Of a DNA stretch of 64,000 nucleotides, positions 10,862-22,457 are shown in pieces (the first letter of the stretch is position 1; every line of letters starts with the position of its first letter). The translations under genes and the position numbers were made by a program. Below the pieces are notes generated by a model, which saw only the letters and a program-made list of their open reading frames with translations, was not told the origin of the DNA and ran no database searches. Origin of the DNA: an uncultured Planctomycetota bacterium (lineage in GTDB: Bacteria > Planctomycetota > Planctomycetia > Isosphaerales > Isosphaeraceae); the NCBI GenBank assembly GCA_963823665.1, contig CAWGMQ010000010.1, positions 2,528,001 to 2,592,000 on the forward strand, written 5' to 3'.

Positions 10862-13800
10862 TCAATCGAGTGGATATTCGCCTAGTAGTTCGTCCAGTTG
10901 CCCGGCGCATATGTTTTGGGCCCCATGAGCGCAGTCCTCTCGTTCCTGCGGCTGCACAATCGAGCCTCCGCAGTAGTGATGCGCTAACTCATGTAGAAGC
11001 AATTCGGCCAGCTTCCGCGGAGAATAGAAGCAGGCGTGTGGACATACGACGATTACGTTGGTACTCGCGATCGTGAACATCGGCGCAAACAGGCAGATCT
11101 CGCATGCGAGTACGCCACCGATCAGCGATATACCGAAGGTTGTCGTACCCGAAGGAGCTCTCTCGATTGGCGAGCGCGGTGTGTCAAGTTTCTCGGCGTG
11201 TTCTTCGAACCACGCTTTGCATCTTCCGGATCGAACCACTTCGTTTACCGCGGCAATCGCCTTTCCCAATCCAGGGCAAAACAGCGCGAGCGAATCCGTC
11301 CGAATCAACCTAGGTGGCGAAAATGCCGGCTTGTTCTTTAGGACATCCGGACCGGCCGGGTAGTTTGCCGCGTATCGGTAGTCGCTAGCGAGTCGCGTCC
11401 TGCGCACGAAGTTGCTGCTCAGAAATCTCCCCGTCACCGGGTCGTAGACTGTCGCGCGGGCGTGATACTTGGCGAGATCCGGGTCGTAGAGGTATCCGGA
11501 CCGGCCAATGTAGCGAAACCAGTTAACGCTTGCACCGGTAGTCGAGAGCTCGTTCCCGAATGCGTCGTAGATGTAGGTGTCCGATTCGACACCCGCGTTG
11601 TCAGACAACAGCCTCGTCGAGCCCAGCACGTCGAACGAGTAAAACAGTTCCGCACCGCCGCGCGCCTGCGAGATTAACTTCCCATACTGTGCTGGCTCAA
11701 GTGAGTTTACAGCTTGTATGATGCCGCTGGCATTCGTCTCCAGCAGTACGCATTGCCCATCCCAGATATTCTTCGCCGTTCCCGTCGAATCTTGCTTCGC
11801 GATTCGCCGACCATCGGCGCTGTACGTGAATGTATTCACGATTCCTGACGACAATACCGCATTCGCCAGTCGGTTTTCGCCGTCCCAAGTGTTCGTAGTA
11901 AGCTGGTTGCCTGGCGCGAGCGTGGTCAGCAGATTTCCGTCGCCGTCGAACGTATAGGTGGTGACGCCGGCGCCCGTCTGGCTGGTGGTGAGCTCGTCCG
12001 CCGCGTTGTATGCGTAGGTCGTCGCTGCGCCGCTATTTACCATTAGCGTTCGATTGCCTACACCATCGTAAACGTAGGTGATGTTGTACGCTGTAGCCCC
12101 GCTGCGTTTTTCGTTGGTTAGTTGATATGTCGGGTCGTAACTCCAGGTCACGACCGATCCATCCGCCTCGATCACCTGTGTGCGGTTGTTAACCGCGTTG
12201 TAGCTGTAGGCGAAGCTCGAGAGTGTTGAGCCGCCCGGGCCAAGGTTTGCGAGGATCAGTTGGCGGTCGGCGTTGTCGTACACATTTGAGATGACGAACA
12301 CCATTGGCGAGCGCCTGGCGCGTGACGCGGCTCGCCACGTCGTAAGACCAACTCGTCACCTGCGCTTCGGGATTTGTCAACGTGCTGATTCGCCCGACCG
12401 CGTCGTACGCATACGTGAAGGTTCCGGTGGGCTGTTTCAACGTAGCGCGTTGGCCGACCGCGTCGTACGCGTAGGTCAGCACGATCCCTGCTGGATTCAC
12501 CACTGAACTCAACCTTCCTACTGGGTCAAAAGTCGAGGTGTAGCTTCCCGTCCAATCGCTCAGAACCGTACGACGGCTATTCGCATCATATGAGAGTGTA
12601 GAGCGTGTCGCGTCCTGGTATTGCTGACCTAAGAGTCGGCTCGCTGCATCGTACGTGTAGCTCGTGCGCAGGCTGCGGCCGTCGATGCGAAGCACTCGCC
12701 TGCTCGCGGCATCATATTGATAGGTGACTTGGTTGCCAAGTGCGTCGGTGGTGCCGGTCTGTCTGCCGGAGACGTCCCATGCAAAACTTGTGCGGTTTCC
12801 TCTGGCGTCGATGATGGCGATCCGTTGGCCGACGGCGTCATAGACCTGAGTCGTGGCGAACCCGTTAGCGTTCACGGTGGCCAGCATTCTGCCGTCCGAA
12901 TCGTAGATTGTCGTTGTGGCATTCCCGAGCGCGTCGGTTATCGACACCTGCTGGCTAGAGGCGTCGTACGAATATGAGCTTCGATTTCCGAGCGGGTCGA
13001 CCGTCGCGATCAGTCTGCCGGCGGCGTCAAACACGCTGGTGACCGCGTTGCCGAGGGGATTGATCCTGGCCACGGTCCTGCTTGCGGCATCAAAAACTGT
13101 TGTGGTTGTATTGCCCAGAGCGTCAATGGAGGCGACTGGCCTGTTAGCTGCGTCATATACCGTCGACGAGACGAAGCCCAGTGCGTTCGTCGCGGATACT
13201 GGCCGGCTTGCCGCGTCGAACCCCATCGTCGTCCGGTTGCCGAGGGCATCGACAGTCGCGATCACCCTGCTCGCGCTGTCGTAGACGATCGAGCTCCGGT
13301 TTCCGAGGGCGTCGATCCGAGCGATCGGCCGACTGGCATTGTCATAGACAGTTGTAAATACGTTCCCAAGTGGATCAATGCTCGCTACCGGGCGGTTTCC
13401 GGCGTCGTACGCGGCGGTCGAGCGATTCCCCAGCGGATCTATTGACGCAATTGACCTGCTTCCAGTGTCGAATACCGTACTGCTGGTGTTCCCCAACGGA
13501 TCGATGAAGGCCACGGACCTGTTGGCGGCGTCGAACACTCTTGTGAAGACGAAGCCGAGTGCGGTTGTGCTGGTGACGGGCCTGCTCGCGGCATCATAGC
13601 CCGTGGTCGAGCGGTTGCCGAGCGGGTCAATCCCCGCGATTGGGCGCGAGGCGTTGTCGAATACAGTTGTTGATACGTTCCCGAGTGGATCGGTCCGGCT
13701 GGTCGGCCTGCTGGCCTGGTCGTAACCGATGCTGCTCCGATTTCCGAGTGGATCGACCGCTGCAATGAGCCGATTGGTGGCATCGAAGACGTTAGTGCTC

Positions 13801-16800
13801 GTGAAGCCCAATGGATTGGTCGAGCTCACGAGCCTGTTCGCCGCGTCATATCCCATCGAGGAACGATTGCCCAGCGGATCAACGGTGGCGACCAATCGAT
13901 TCCCATTGTCGAATACGCTGGACCAGATGTTGCCCACTGGATCGGTCCGACTAACGCGCCGGCTACCACCATCGTACCCGTACGAGGTCGTGCTACCGAC
14001 GGAGTTGATCGTCGCCAGGACTCGGCCGGCTTGGTCGTAGACCGCGGAGTCTCACATTGCCCAGCGGGTCCGTGTAGTTGACCGGCCGATTTGCTGCGTC
14101 AAACCCTATGGACGAAGTGTTGCCCAGCGGGTCGACCGATGTGCTTGGCCGGCCACCGCCGTCATACGTCGTGCTCCAGACGGCCCCGAGCGGATTTGTG
14201 AAGGCGATGGGATTGCCTGCATTATCATAACTATATGAGCTTGTGTTGCCCAGCGGATCGGTCGAGGCCGTCTTCCTTTGCAACGAGTCAAAGCTCGTGG
14301 TCCACACGTTCCCCAGCGGGTTTGTGGTCGCGATGGGCAGGTTTGCGGCGTTATACGTGAAGGTGTTTCGATTCAACAGCGGGTCAACCGAGGCGATCCG
14401 GCGGTATTGGGCGTCATAGACGCCCGTGGTCCGGTTGCCGAGCGGGTCCACCTGGGCCGTCATGTTGTTGGCCGCATCCCAAACATACGATGTCGTGTTG
14501 CCCAGGCCGTCGACGCGGGCAATGAGTTTGCTCATCCCGTCGTAGACAGCGGTGCCTATGGCTCCCAGCGGGTTGGTCGTGCTGATCAAGTTGCCGACTG
14601 CGTCATATGCATAACTCGTGGTGTTGCCGAGCGGATTTGTTTGGGCGATCAGCCTGCCACTTAAGTCGTAGCTCATGGACCAGATCGTGCCCAGCGGGGT
14701 CGTCACTGAGATCAATCGACTGTTGGCATCATATTGATAAGTCGTGTTGTTTCCGACTGGATCGATAAAATTGGTCAGCCGGTTGACCTGGTCGCTCAGA
14801 TAGGTCGCGACGGCGCCGAGCGGGTTCTGCACGGTCTGCAAGATGCCATTTGAGTTGTAGGTGTAACTCATGCGGTTGCCGAGTGAATTCACCAGGGCGA
14901 TTTGCCGGCCGAACGAGTCATAAACGAGCGTGACCAGTTGCCCGAGCGGGTTCTGCACCGATTGCAGTTGGCCCATGCTGGTGTAGGTGTACGACGTCGC
15001 GTTGCCCTGCGCGTCGATCGCGGCGCTGCGCTGGCCGGAGGCGTTCCACGTCAGCGTTGCCGTCGCGCCGAGCTGATCGGTGATCGAAGTGACCTGGCGC
15101 TCGAGTTAAAGTTGTACGTGAAGATGCCGCCCAGGGGCTGGGTGATGGAGTTGAGGTAACTCACCATGTTCGTCGCGTTCTGAAGGTAGCTGAACGTCGT
15201 CGTGTTTCCCAGGCCGTCGCCGATAGCGAGCAGATGGCCGGTACCGTCCCAGGAGTAACTCGTGATATTCCCGACGGCGTCGGTTGCGCCCAGCAAGGTT
15301 CCATTCGTGTCAAAACCGAGCGTTGCCACGTTCCCCAGCGGGTTCGTGACCGCCGAGAACGTCGTCCCCGGGATACGGGGTCGAAATCGCCCGCCGGTTA
15401 CAACACCGTTAACCAGCGTTGTCACGGCTCCGAGCGGCGAGGTGATCACCAGCCCCGATGCGTACGAGAAGCTCGTCCTGTCCCCGAGCGGGTTGATCCA
15501 GGAGGTCATCTGGTGGCTGCCGTTGTAGACCGCGCTGGTGATGCAGAGCTCCGGGCTGATCACCTGTGCGAGATCTCCTGAGCCGTTCACGGTCAATGTC
15601 GTGAGCCGCCCGAACGGGTCTTGAATGCTGATGATCTTGCCCGACGTCGCGTCGTAAGCGAACGTCGTGCGGCGGCCGGGTGGATCGGTCACGAAGCTGA
15701 CACGATTGCTGCCGTCGTAGGTGACGGTCCAGCGAGCGCCTGCGGGATTCTGGATGTACTGCAAGGACAGGACACCGCCCGACAGCGAGCCGTATTGAAA
15801 GATCGTGCCATCGGGCTGCGTCTCGGTGGCGGTGCTCGCGTTCATGGGAGCTTGCAGCGAGTTCGCTGTGCTGGCTGATGGCGAGCTGAAGCCTCCGAGC
15901 TGAGCGCGATTGTAAGGGAACGACTGGCCGGCGCCGGTGACGACGGTCAGCGTATGTGACGCCACCTGGACCTGGCGTTTGAATGTATGGAACTAGCCGG
16001 TGCCCAGCTCGTTCGAGGTCGCGATGTTCGTGCTGGAGTATGACAGCACCGGCGCAACGTAGAAGAGATCGCCCGCCGGAGGCGCGATCTGCATGGCCAC
16101 GCTGGGATTGGCGGGGTTGATCACACACTGCCCGCCTAGCGAGTTGCAGCCGCCGGCGGCGAACGTGAGCGGCGGAAGGGCACCGCTGCGGGCGATGCTG
16201 GGCATGTGGGCTGCACGCTGGAGCGCAGCCTGGCCGCCGCCGCCTGGTGTGAGCACGATCGGTGGCGCGCCACGTGCTCCATAGCCACCGCCGCGTCGGG
16301 CCATCGGGGCTCCGCCGTTCGGACCGCCGGGCGCGGCGCCGGTACCGTTACCGCCACCTGGGGGCACACATTGCCCGGGCTTCTCGCAAGGCCCGGTGCT
16401 TCCGGGGCCGCCGGGCGTTTGAATCGGGCTGGAGCTGACCGGGCCGGGGCCGCCTATCGGGCCGATCGGGCCGTTGGCTGGCGAGAGGATGATGCCACCG
16501 AATCGGCCGCCCGCTCCGCCGCCGCCGCCCTTGAGCGTCCAGATCGGCCCGCTGCCACTGCCCCCTCCGACGGGCGACGCGCCGTTGCCGCCAGCCCCGC
16601 CGCCGCCACCGCCGCAACCGCAGCCGGCACCCCCGCCATGGTACACCGGCCCGGGCAAAGGGGTCGGCCCGAGTGGAACATTGCCCGGCGTCAACTGGAT
16701 TGTGCCGCTGGGTGGAGGAGATAGCCCGCCGCCGCCAGGCGTGCCTCCGCCCTTCAAGATCGGGCCCGGGCTGAGCGTCAACCCATTGCCGCCGCCGCCC

Positions 16801-17072
16801 ATCGTGCCGCCGCCGGCCGTTCCACCGCCCGGCGTTGTTCCGCCGGTTCCGGTTCCCGTACCGGTTCCGCCGCCGCCGGTCGGCCCGCCACCGGCGGTGC
16901 AGCCAGAGCCCGGCCCTGGCCCGCAAGGCGCAACCAGGCTGCATTGCCCGAGAATTGCCAGTGGCGCAGCTTCCATTGCCGCCGGCCTCACCGGTGTTTC
17001 CCAGGGCGGGTGGATTCGGTTTGGTGTTGTCGGGCGTGAATACGTTGGCCATGGCTCAACCCCGCTCTCCAT
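10862..17072 (-). CDS. Large RHS/YD-repeat protein with Gly/Pro-rich N-terminus and HEXXH C-terminal domain (about 4-5 frameshifts)
   Basis: ORFs 15993..17072, 15051..15965, 13993..14976, 12189..13937, 10862..12304 with continuous DPLGN/YD repeats; RHS core YDAFGN, ARxYDPVTGRFLS; LLHELAHH. Confidence 0.88.
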
Positions 17073-17580
17073 GGGAGGCCGGACGTGTTACATTTGCCAG
17101 TGATTGCTCGAAAATCATTTCCTGCGTGATCTCTCGGAGGATTTCCTCCGCCCTTTCCATGCCGACGAATCGGGCGGCTTCGACCTTGAATGCCGTTGGT
17201 GTCATTGAGCGGGGTCGGTGCAGCTTCGGCGGCGGCCTTGTGCCCCAGATTCCGGTCGTTCCGGCGATGCCCATCTTGCCCTCACGCGTATCCGTGAACG
17301 TGATCTGTCCGCTCTTGTTTCGGTTCAGGCGAAAGCGAACCGGCTCGCGACCCGGTCGAAAAAACTCCACGACTTGCGACCGCACTGCAAACCGCTCAAT
17401 AAACTTGACCTTCCGGATCGTGCTGTAAACAAAACCGCGATTGCCCGGGATTCCGTGCTCGGCCAGCTCGGCAGCAGCCTTCGCTGCTTCATCCCCGTGA
17501 AGCTCGACGTCCACAACCCGCGCCACCCATGCGAGCCGGGCTTGCCATCGTGGCGCCGAGTGTTCGAGCTTCGTGGCCAT
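17056..17580 (-). CDS. Hypothetical protein upstream of RHS gene
   Basis: 174 aa ORF, co-oriented with and abutting the RHS gene. Confidence 0.55.
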   Translation of the reverse strand: MATKLEHSAPRWQARLAWVARVVDVELHGDEAAKAAAELAEHGIPGNRGFVYSTIRKVKFIERFAVRSQVVEFFRPGREPVRFRLNRNKSGQITFTDTREGKMGIAGTTGIWGTRPPPKLHRPRSMTPTAFKVEAARFVGMERAEEILREITQEMIFEQSLANVTRPASHGERG

Positions 17581-18023
17581 TGCAGCTTACCCTATATATT
17601 AATATATAGGCGCATTTTCGCGCGGAATCTTGGTCCGCGACAACCGCGTTCATTTCACTGCCGGAAACAGGGGAACAACGAGATCGAATCACCAGAGCTC
17701 CGACGCTCGGCGCCCGATCGACCCATGTCACTTAAACGGCCACGACCGGAACCAGAATAGGCCCCCGCGGCAAACCCCGGCTTCCGTGCGAAGCCAGCCG
17801 CATTCCCGCGCGGACCCCCGCGCCACGAAACGATGTATCAACACATCTCAAGAAACTTTTAAATTGCTATTCTAAGCTTCTATTTTGGATATTACCTTCG
17901 GGCCCTAGGGTGTCAATGGGCCGCCGCCAATTCTTGGACGATTTCGCATTTTTTGCGGCGATGATGGGCTCGCCATGCAGCGATTGTGAAGTTTGTGTCG
18001 CAGCTTTTGGAGAACTGGGGTGT

Positions 18024-18531
18024 CTAGTAAGGGTTTAACGGGCCGTTGTTACGCGCCGGGTTCTCAGGCTTACCAGATTGCGAACTTGAAGCGTCCTTCT
18101 GCGCCGCCGCGGAAGGCGGGTTCCGGTCCGACGAATCCGCTTTCCTCACCTCAATTCGTTGGTTTGATCGGGGCCATTTCGCCAGCGCATCCTTGACGGC
18201 ACCGATTGCCAGCGCCGGGCAATGAAGCTTATTGGGCGGTATGCCGTTGAGGGCGTCGATGAGGTCTTGGGCCGTCAGCTCCCTGCACTGCGCGATCGTT
18301 CTGCCCTGGATGATCTCGGTCAGCATCGACCCGCTGGCGATTGTTGGACCGCAACCAATGGTGTGGTATTTTGCCGCTGCCGATTCGCTCGTCTTCGACT
18401 TTCAGATAGAGAATCATGAACGTGCCGCGACCCGGTGAACCGGCGTGGCCGGTCAGGTCGGCGTTTTCGATCACGCCGCCATTTCGGGGCGCCATGACGT
18501 GCTCGGTGAGGGTTTCGGACTACTTGCCCAT
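18024..18531 (-). pseudogene. NifU/IscU-like Fe-S scaffold pseudogene
   Basis: PRNGGVIENAD, GCGPTIASGSMLTE, NKLHCPALA; in-frame TAG at codon 4 and a frameshift near 18380. Confidence 0.8.
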
Positions 18532-18580
18532 TGCCGGCTACTCACAGTTGCGGAAAACGATCAGCCCAATAGAGCCGGGC

Positions 18581-18934
18581 TCAACCCTCTCGATGCTCGC
18601 GGCACAGGTAGAGATAGACTGGTCGGCCGAATTTCACTGCCGGCCGCACTTCGCCGCTCTGGGGATCCGGCTCGACCACGAGATAGCGCACGGGGTTGTC
18701 GCGGAACAGCTCGGTCGTACCGTCCGGCTGGATGACGACGTACAGGCCCCGTGCGCGGTCGTGAGCGAAGGAAAATTGCCTGGGAGCTTCTCGAGCCTCG
18801 TACGTAAAAGTGACGACTCCCGGCGTCGCCTCGAAGACAGGGGCCGGCCATCTCGCCGGCTCGTCGGCCCTGGCTGGATCGGGCTGGCGGGGGGTTTCGG
18901 CGTCGAATTCGGAATTCATTGGGGGCACCTCCAA
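18581..18934 (-). CDS. Hypothetical protein
   Basis: 117 aa ORF with normal composition. Confidence 0.55.
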   Translation of the reverse strand: MEVPPMNSEFDAETPRQPDPARADEPARWPAPVFEATPGVVTFTYEAREAPRQFSFAHDRARGLYVVIQPDGTTELFRDNPVRYLVVEPDPQSGEVRPAVKFGRPVYLYLCREHREG

Positions 18935-19063
18935 AGAAACGGGACAGCAGAACGTGTGTGAGAACGAAACATCGTGCTAACAGCTCCAGAGGCATGCCAT
19001 CACGAGCGTTTCTCAGAGAGCCGCAAACTCTCGTCAACACTGACCGGGCCCCGGTCTCCGTCC

Positions 19064-19278
19064 CTACGGGACAATTAAAGTACTTGGCATGCGCGTCCGC
19101 AGTAATCGGGCTCCATTGTCGGTGAGTCCGGTGTGCGAGATATTCAACGTTTTCAGCGACGCGAATCTGGTCAAGTCACGGGCGCAAGCGTCTGTGAGCC
19201 GTGTGTTTAATGAAAGGTCTAGATACTCCAGTCGCTTCAGCGCACCCAGTCTCCTCAAACCGCTACCCGTAATCGTAA
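19064..19278 (-). pseudogene. Leucine-rich repeat gene, 3' part, interrupted by IS5
   Basis: ITGSGLRRLGALKRLEYLDLSLNTRLTD...LKTLNISHTGLTDNG; upstream part appears to continue at about 20494-20570. Confidence 0.75.
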
Positions 19279-20493
19279 GGGCGCTTCTATAAACCAATTT
19301 ACTTTTCATATCAGGCTGTTGTACTAATGAGCATGACGTTACAGGAGGTTATATGGCATCGCAACGTGGATTTCTTGACATGGAGCATCGTTACAAGAAG
19401 CTGGATGAGACGCGGGATTTCTTGAAACGGATCAATGCGATTGTGGATTGGGAGTTATTTCGTCCGACGCTTGACGCGGCGTTGAAGCGCTCGGATCGCA
19501 AGGCTGGCGGTCGTCCTCCGCATGATTGCGTGTTGATGTTTCGCGTGTTGGTGTTGCAGGCGTTGTACAATTTGAGCGACGAACAGACGGAATACCAGAT
19601 TCTGGATCGTCTCAGTTTCATGCAATTTTTGGGTCTGGCTGTGCATGACACGGTGCCGGACGCGCGGACTATTTGGGCGTTTCGTGAGGCGCTGATTGCG
19701 GCTGAGGCGGTTGAAAAGCTGTTCAACCGATTCGACGCCATGCTGGCTGCGCATGGGTTTGCGGCAAGCGGCGGACAGATTGTGGACGCGACGTTTGTGG
19801 AGGTTCCGCGTCAGCGGAACAGGCGCGAGGAAAACGACGCCATCAAAAAAGGCAGCGTTCCTGCGGATTGGAGCGATAAAAAGATCGCGCACAAAGATGT
19901 CGATGCACGCTGGGCTAAAAAGAATGACGTGACGTTTTTTGGTTATAAAAATCACGCGAATGTTGACCGCAAACATAAGCTGATCCGGCGTTACCGCGTG
20001 ACTGACGCCAGTGTGCACGACTCGCAGGAACTGGATAACGTGCTCGATAAAACGCTGGGAGATGACGTGTGGGCCGACAGTGCCTATCGCTCGGAGGCTC
20101 AGGAAATCAGGCTTTCCGAGGCGGGTTTCGTATCGCATATTCATGAGCGGGCCTACCGCGGCAACCCCTTAAGCGAGGCACAGAAAGCCGCCAACACCGA
20201 GAAATCCAGGGTGCGCGTCCGTGGCGAACACGTCTTCGGACACATCGCCAATTCCATGAACGGCTGCTATGTGCGCACCATCGGGCTTGCCCGCGCCAAA
20301 GCAAAAATAGGGATGGAATGCCTCGCTTACAATATCTCCCGCTTCACCTTCCTCATGCGTAGCCCGCAAGGCGTAACCGCGTCCTGATCCAGGAAAAATA
20401 AGGAAAATGACCGGAAATTTTATCAATACCAAAATACGATTCCTGAAATAGTCCCTTCACATCACAAAAAAAATCGCGTTTTTAGAAGTGCCC
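19279..20493 (+). mobile_element. IS5-family insertion sequence
   Basis: TIRs GGGCGCTTCTATAAAC and revcomp GGGCACTTCTAAAAAC; 4 bp target duplication GTAA at 19275-19278 and 20494-20497. Confidence 0.92.
19353..20387 (+). CDS. IS5-family DDE transposase
   Basis: GGRPP, LQALYNLSD, VPDARTIW, IVDAT, FGYKNH, ADSAY, EHVFG. Confidence 0.95.
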   Translation: MASQRGFLDMEHRYKKLDETRDFLKRINAIVDWELFRPTLDAALKRSDRKAGGRPPHDCVLMFRVLVLQALYNLSDEQTEYQILDRLSFMQFLGLAVHDTVPDARTIWAFREALIAAEAVEKLFNRFDAMLAAHGFAASGGQIVDATFVEVPRQRNRREENDAIKKGSVPADWSDKKIAHKDVDARWAKKNDVTFFGYKNHANVDRKHKLIRRYRVTDASVHDSQELDNVLDKTLGDDVWADSAYRSEAQEIRLSEAGFVSHIHERAYRGNPLSEAQKAANTEKSRVRVRGEHVFGHIANSMNGCYVRTIGLARAKAKIGMECLAYNISRFTFLMRSPQGVTAS

Positions 20494-20950
20494 GTAAGCG
20501 TTCGAGATAACCAGTCTTGCAGCGTCGGGTAGCCTGCAAAGCGGACCAACCCATCCCTTTCCAGGAGACCACCCGATGGCAAGAACCCCCGCACCCAAGC
20601 GCCATGCCCTGTGGCGCTTGGGTGCGGGGGTTCGTCGGCCATTTTGATATTCGCCCGACCGAGGTCTTATTACAGCCGGGATTGCCTCGAACAACTCGAC
20701 CTCATCGAGGTAAAGGCCGCGCCGAACCGTGCTGTCCGGAAGGGTTTGCCACCCTCGCGGTCAAGGGCGCTCGCTTCGCAGCTTCCGTGCTCCTTCGTCG
20801 CGTGTGCAGCCGCTACGCTCGACCCTCTACGGGCTGCGCCTGACCGCTTCACCCGGATTCTATTCCAGCTCTGCCCTTCGTGCTGAGTGATGACAGCGAT
20901 TGCTGATCACTCAGCCTTTTCTACCCGGACCCAAACGAAGGACAGAACCC

Positions 20951-21208
20951 ATGACCACGCCTTTCCGAGTCGATGACGCACCCATTATCCGCCTCGCCTG
21001 TGCCGCCTGCGACCGCGACGATATGGACGGCATCACGCCCGAACGGCTCGAGCAGGCCAAGGCCGAGGGATGGACAGGCATCGAAGAGGTGCAGAGTTAC
21101 GACGACTCGATGCTCACCTGCGACAACCCCGATGACGCACCTCCGGGATTCGATGTCACCGCGTGGTATACGCATCTCGGGACGTGCCCGGATTGTCAGG
21201 AGGATTGA
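20951..21208 (+). CDS. Small acidic protein with two CxxC motifs
   Basis: CAAC...HLGTCPDC; AAGGA upstream of ATG. Confidence 0.6.
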   Translation: MTTPFRVDDAPIIRLACAACDRDDMDGITPERLEQAKAEGWTGIEEVQSYDDSMLTCDNPDDAPPGFDVTAWYTHLGTCPDCQED

Positions 21209-21402
21209 TTGAAAACCGGGGGCAAGGAAGCCCCATTTTCGATGAGTTCTTGTTCGCCGAGGCTCACAGGAAGCCAGCCAGCATCGACCGGATCAAGGAG
21301 ATGCTCCCGCCCGACGTTCGGTACATCTGCGTCCGCCCGCCGACATAGGCGGCGGGGATATGCAAAAACACCCATAATGCGCTTGCCTTTTGGCAAAAGA
21401 TC

Positions 21403-21420
21403 GACTAGTATAGACTAGTC
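21403..21420 (+). promoter_or_regulatory. Putative TA operator (two ACTAGT palindromes)
   Basis: GACTAGTATAGACTAGTC just upstream of the GGAGG RBS of the antitoxin. Confidence 0.55.
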
Positions 21421-21437
21421 AATGGAAGGAGGCCATT

Positions 21438-21689
21438 ATGGAAACTGTTGGATCATACCAAGCCAAAACGCATTTGCCCCAGTTGCTCGAACGGGTTGAA
21501 CATGGCGAAACGTTTACCATTACGCGTCACGGTAAACCCATTGCGCGCCTTCTTCCCGCTACGGCTGCGGTTGAGCAGCCTGGCATTGCCGATGCAATCG
21601 CCGCGATGAAGCGCTTCCAGGAGGATGAAGCCCCTTCCCTAGGCACTAATCTTTCGATCCGCCATCTCATCAATGAAAACCGCCGCTAG
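21438..21689 (+). CDS. Phd/YefM-family antitoxin
   Basis: VGSYQAKTHLPQLLERVEHGETFTITRHGKPIARL. Confidence 0.92.
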   Translation: METVGSYQAKTHLPQLLERVEHGETFTITRHGKPIARLLPATAAVEQPGIADAIAAMKRFQEDEAPSLGTNLSIRHLINENRR

Positions 21690-21696
21690 GTAGGTC

Positions 21697-22149
21697 GTGC
21701 GAACCGCCGACGGAACCGAAACCCTGGTCATTGATTGCTCGCTAACGATGGCCTGGTACTTCAAGGACGAAGCCACCCCCTACACTAACGCCGTCCGCGC
21801 CGCGATGGCCGCCGAGCGTGCCATCGTTCCCGCGATCTGGGCGCTGGAGGTAGCCAACGTCCTGATCATGGGCGAACGTCGCAAACGCTCAACACAGGCC
21901 AATGCGGCCAAGTGGCTCCGCTTCCTGTCGGCGTTGCCAATAACCATCGACACCGACACACCGTTTCGTGCTTTTGATCCCATGCTTGATCTTGCCCGCC
22001 TGCATAAGCTCACCGCCTACGACACCGCCTACCTTGAGCTCGCCATTCGTCTCGGATTGCCTCTGGCCACGCTTGACGGGGATCTCGAAAAAGCGGCCAC
22101 CGCCAGTGGCGTGCTCATCTACGATCCCGAGCTGAAAGGCGCGGCGTGA
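21697..22149 (+). CDS. vapC: VapC-family PIN-domain toxin
   Basis: LVIDCS, EVANVL, TAYDTAYLELA, LATLD. Confidence 0.92.
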   Translation: MRTADGTETLVIDCSLTMAWYFKDEATPYTNAVRAAMAAERAIVPAIWALEVANVLIMGERRKRSTQANAAKWLRFLSALPITIDTDTPFRAFDPMLDLARLHKLTAYDTAYLELAIRLGLPLATLDGDLEKAATASGVLIYDPELKGAA

Positions 22150-22457
22150 GCGAAGCAGCCCCCTTCCCGTTCCATCGACGATTTAGGCACTCTGGCTTCG
22201 CCGGCCTGAGCTTCAGGACTCGCTAAACGCTCCTCCTGATGTGCCCCAGGCTACGAGATGCGTATTCTGGCTCCTAGCGTGTTTCGCAGGCGTAGAACAC
22301 TGGAGTCGCGGCGTATCCACGGCTATCCGGATACGCGCGCGCGAACCTACCGCCAAGCCAGGCGGTCTTTCTTGGTGTACAATTGCACTAGATCACCCGA
22401 AGTGTGCGTCACGCTGTCCCCGTGCCGGCCACGTTCGAGCCCAAGTAGAGCGCACAG

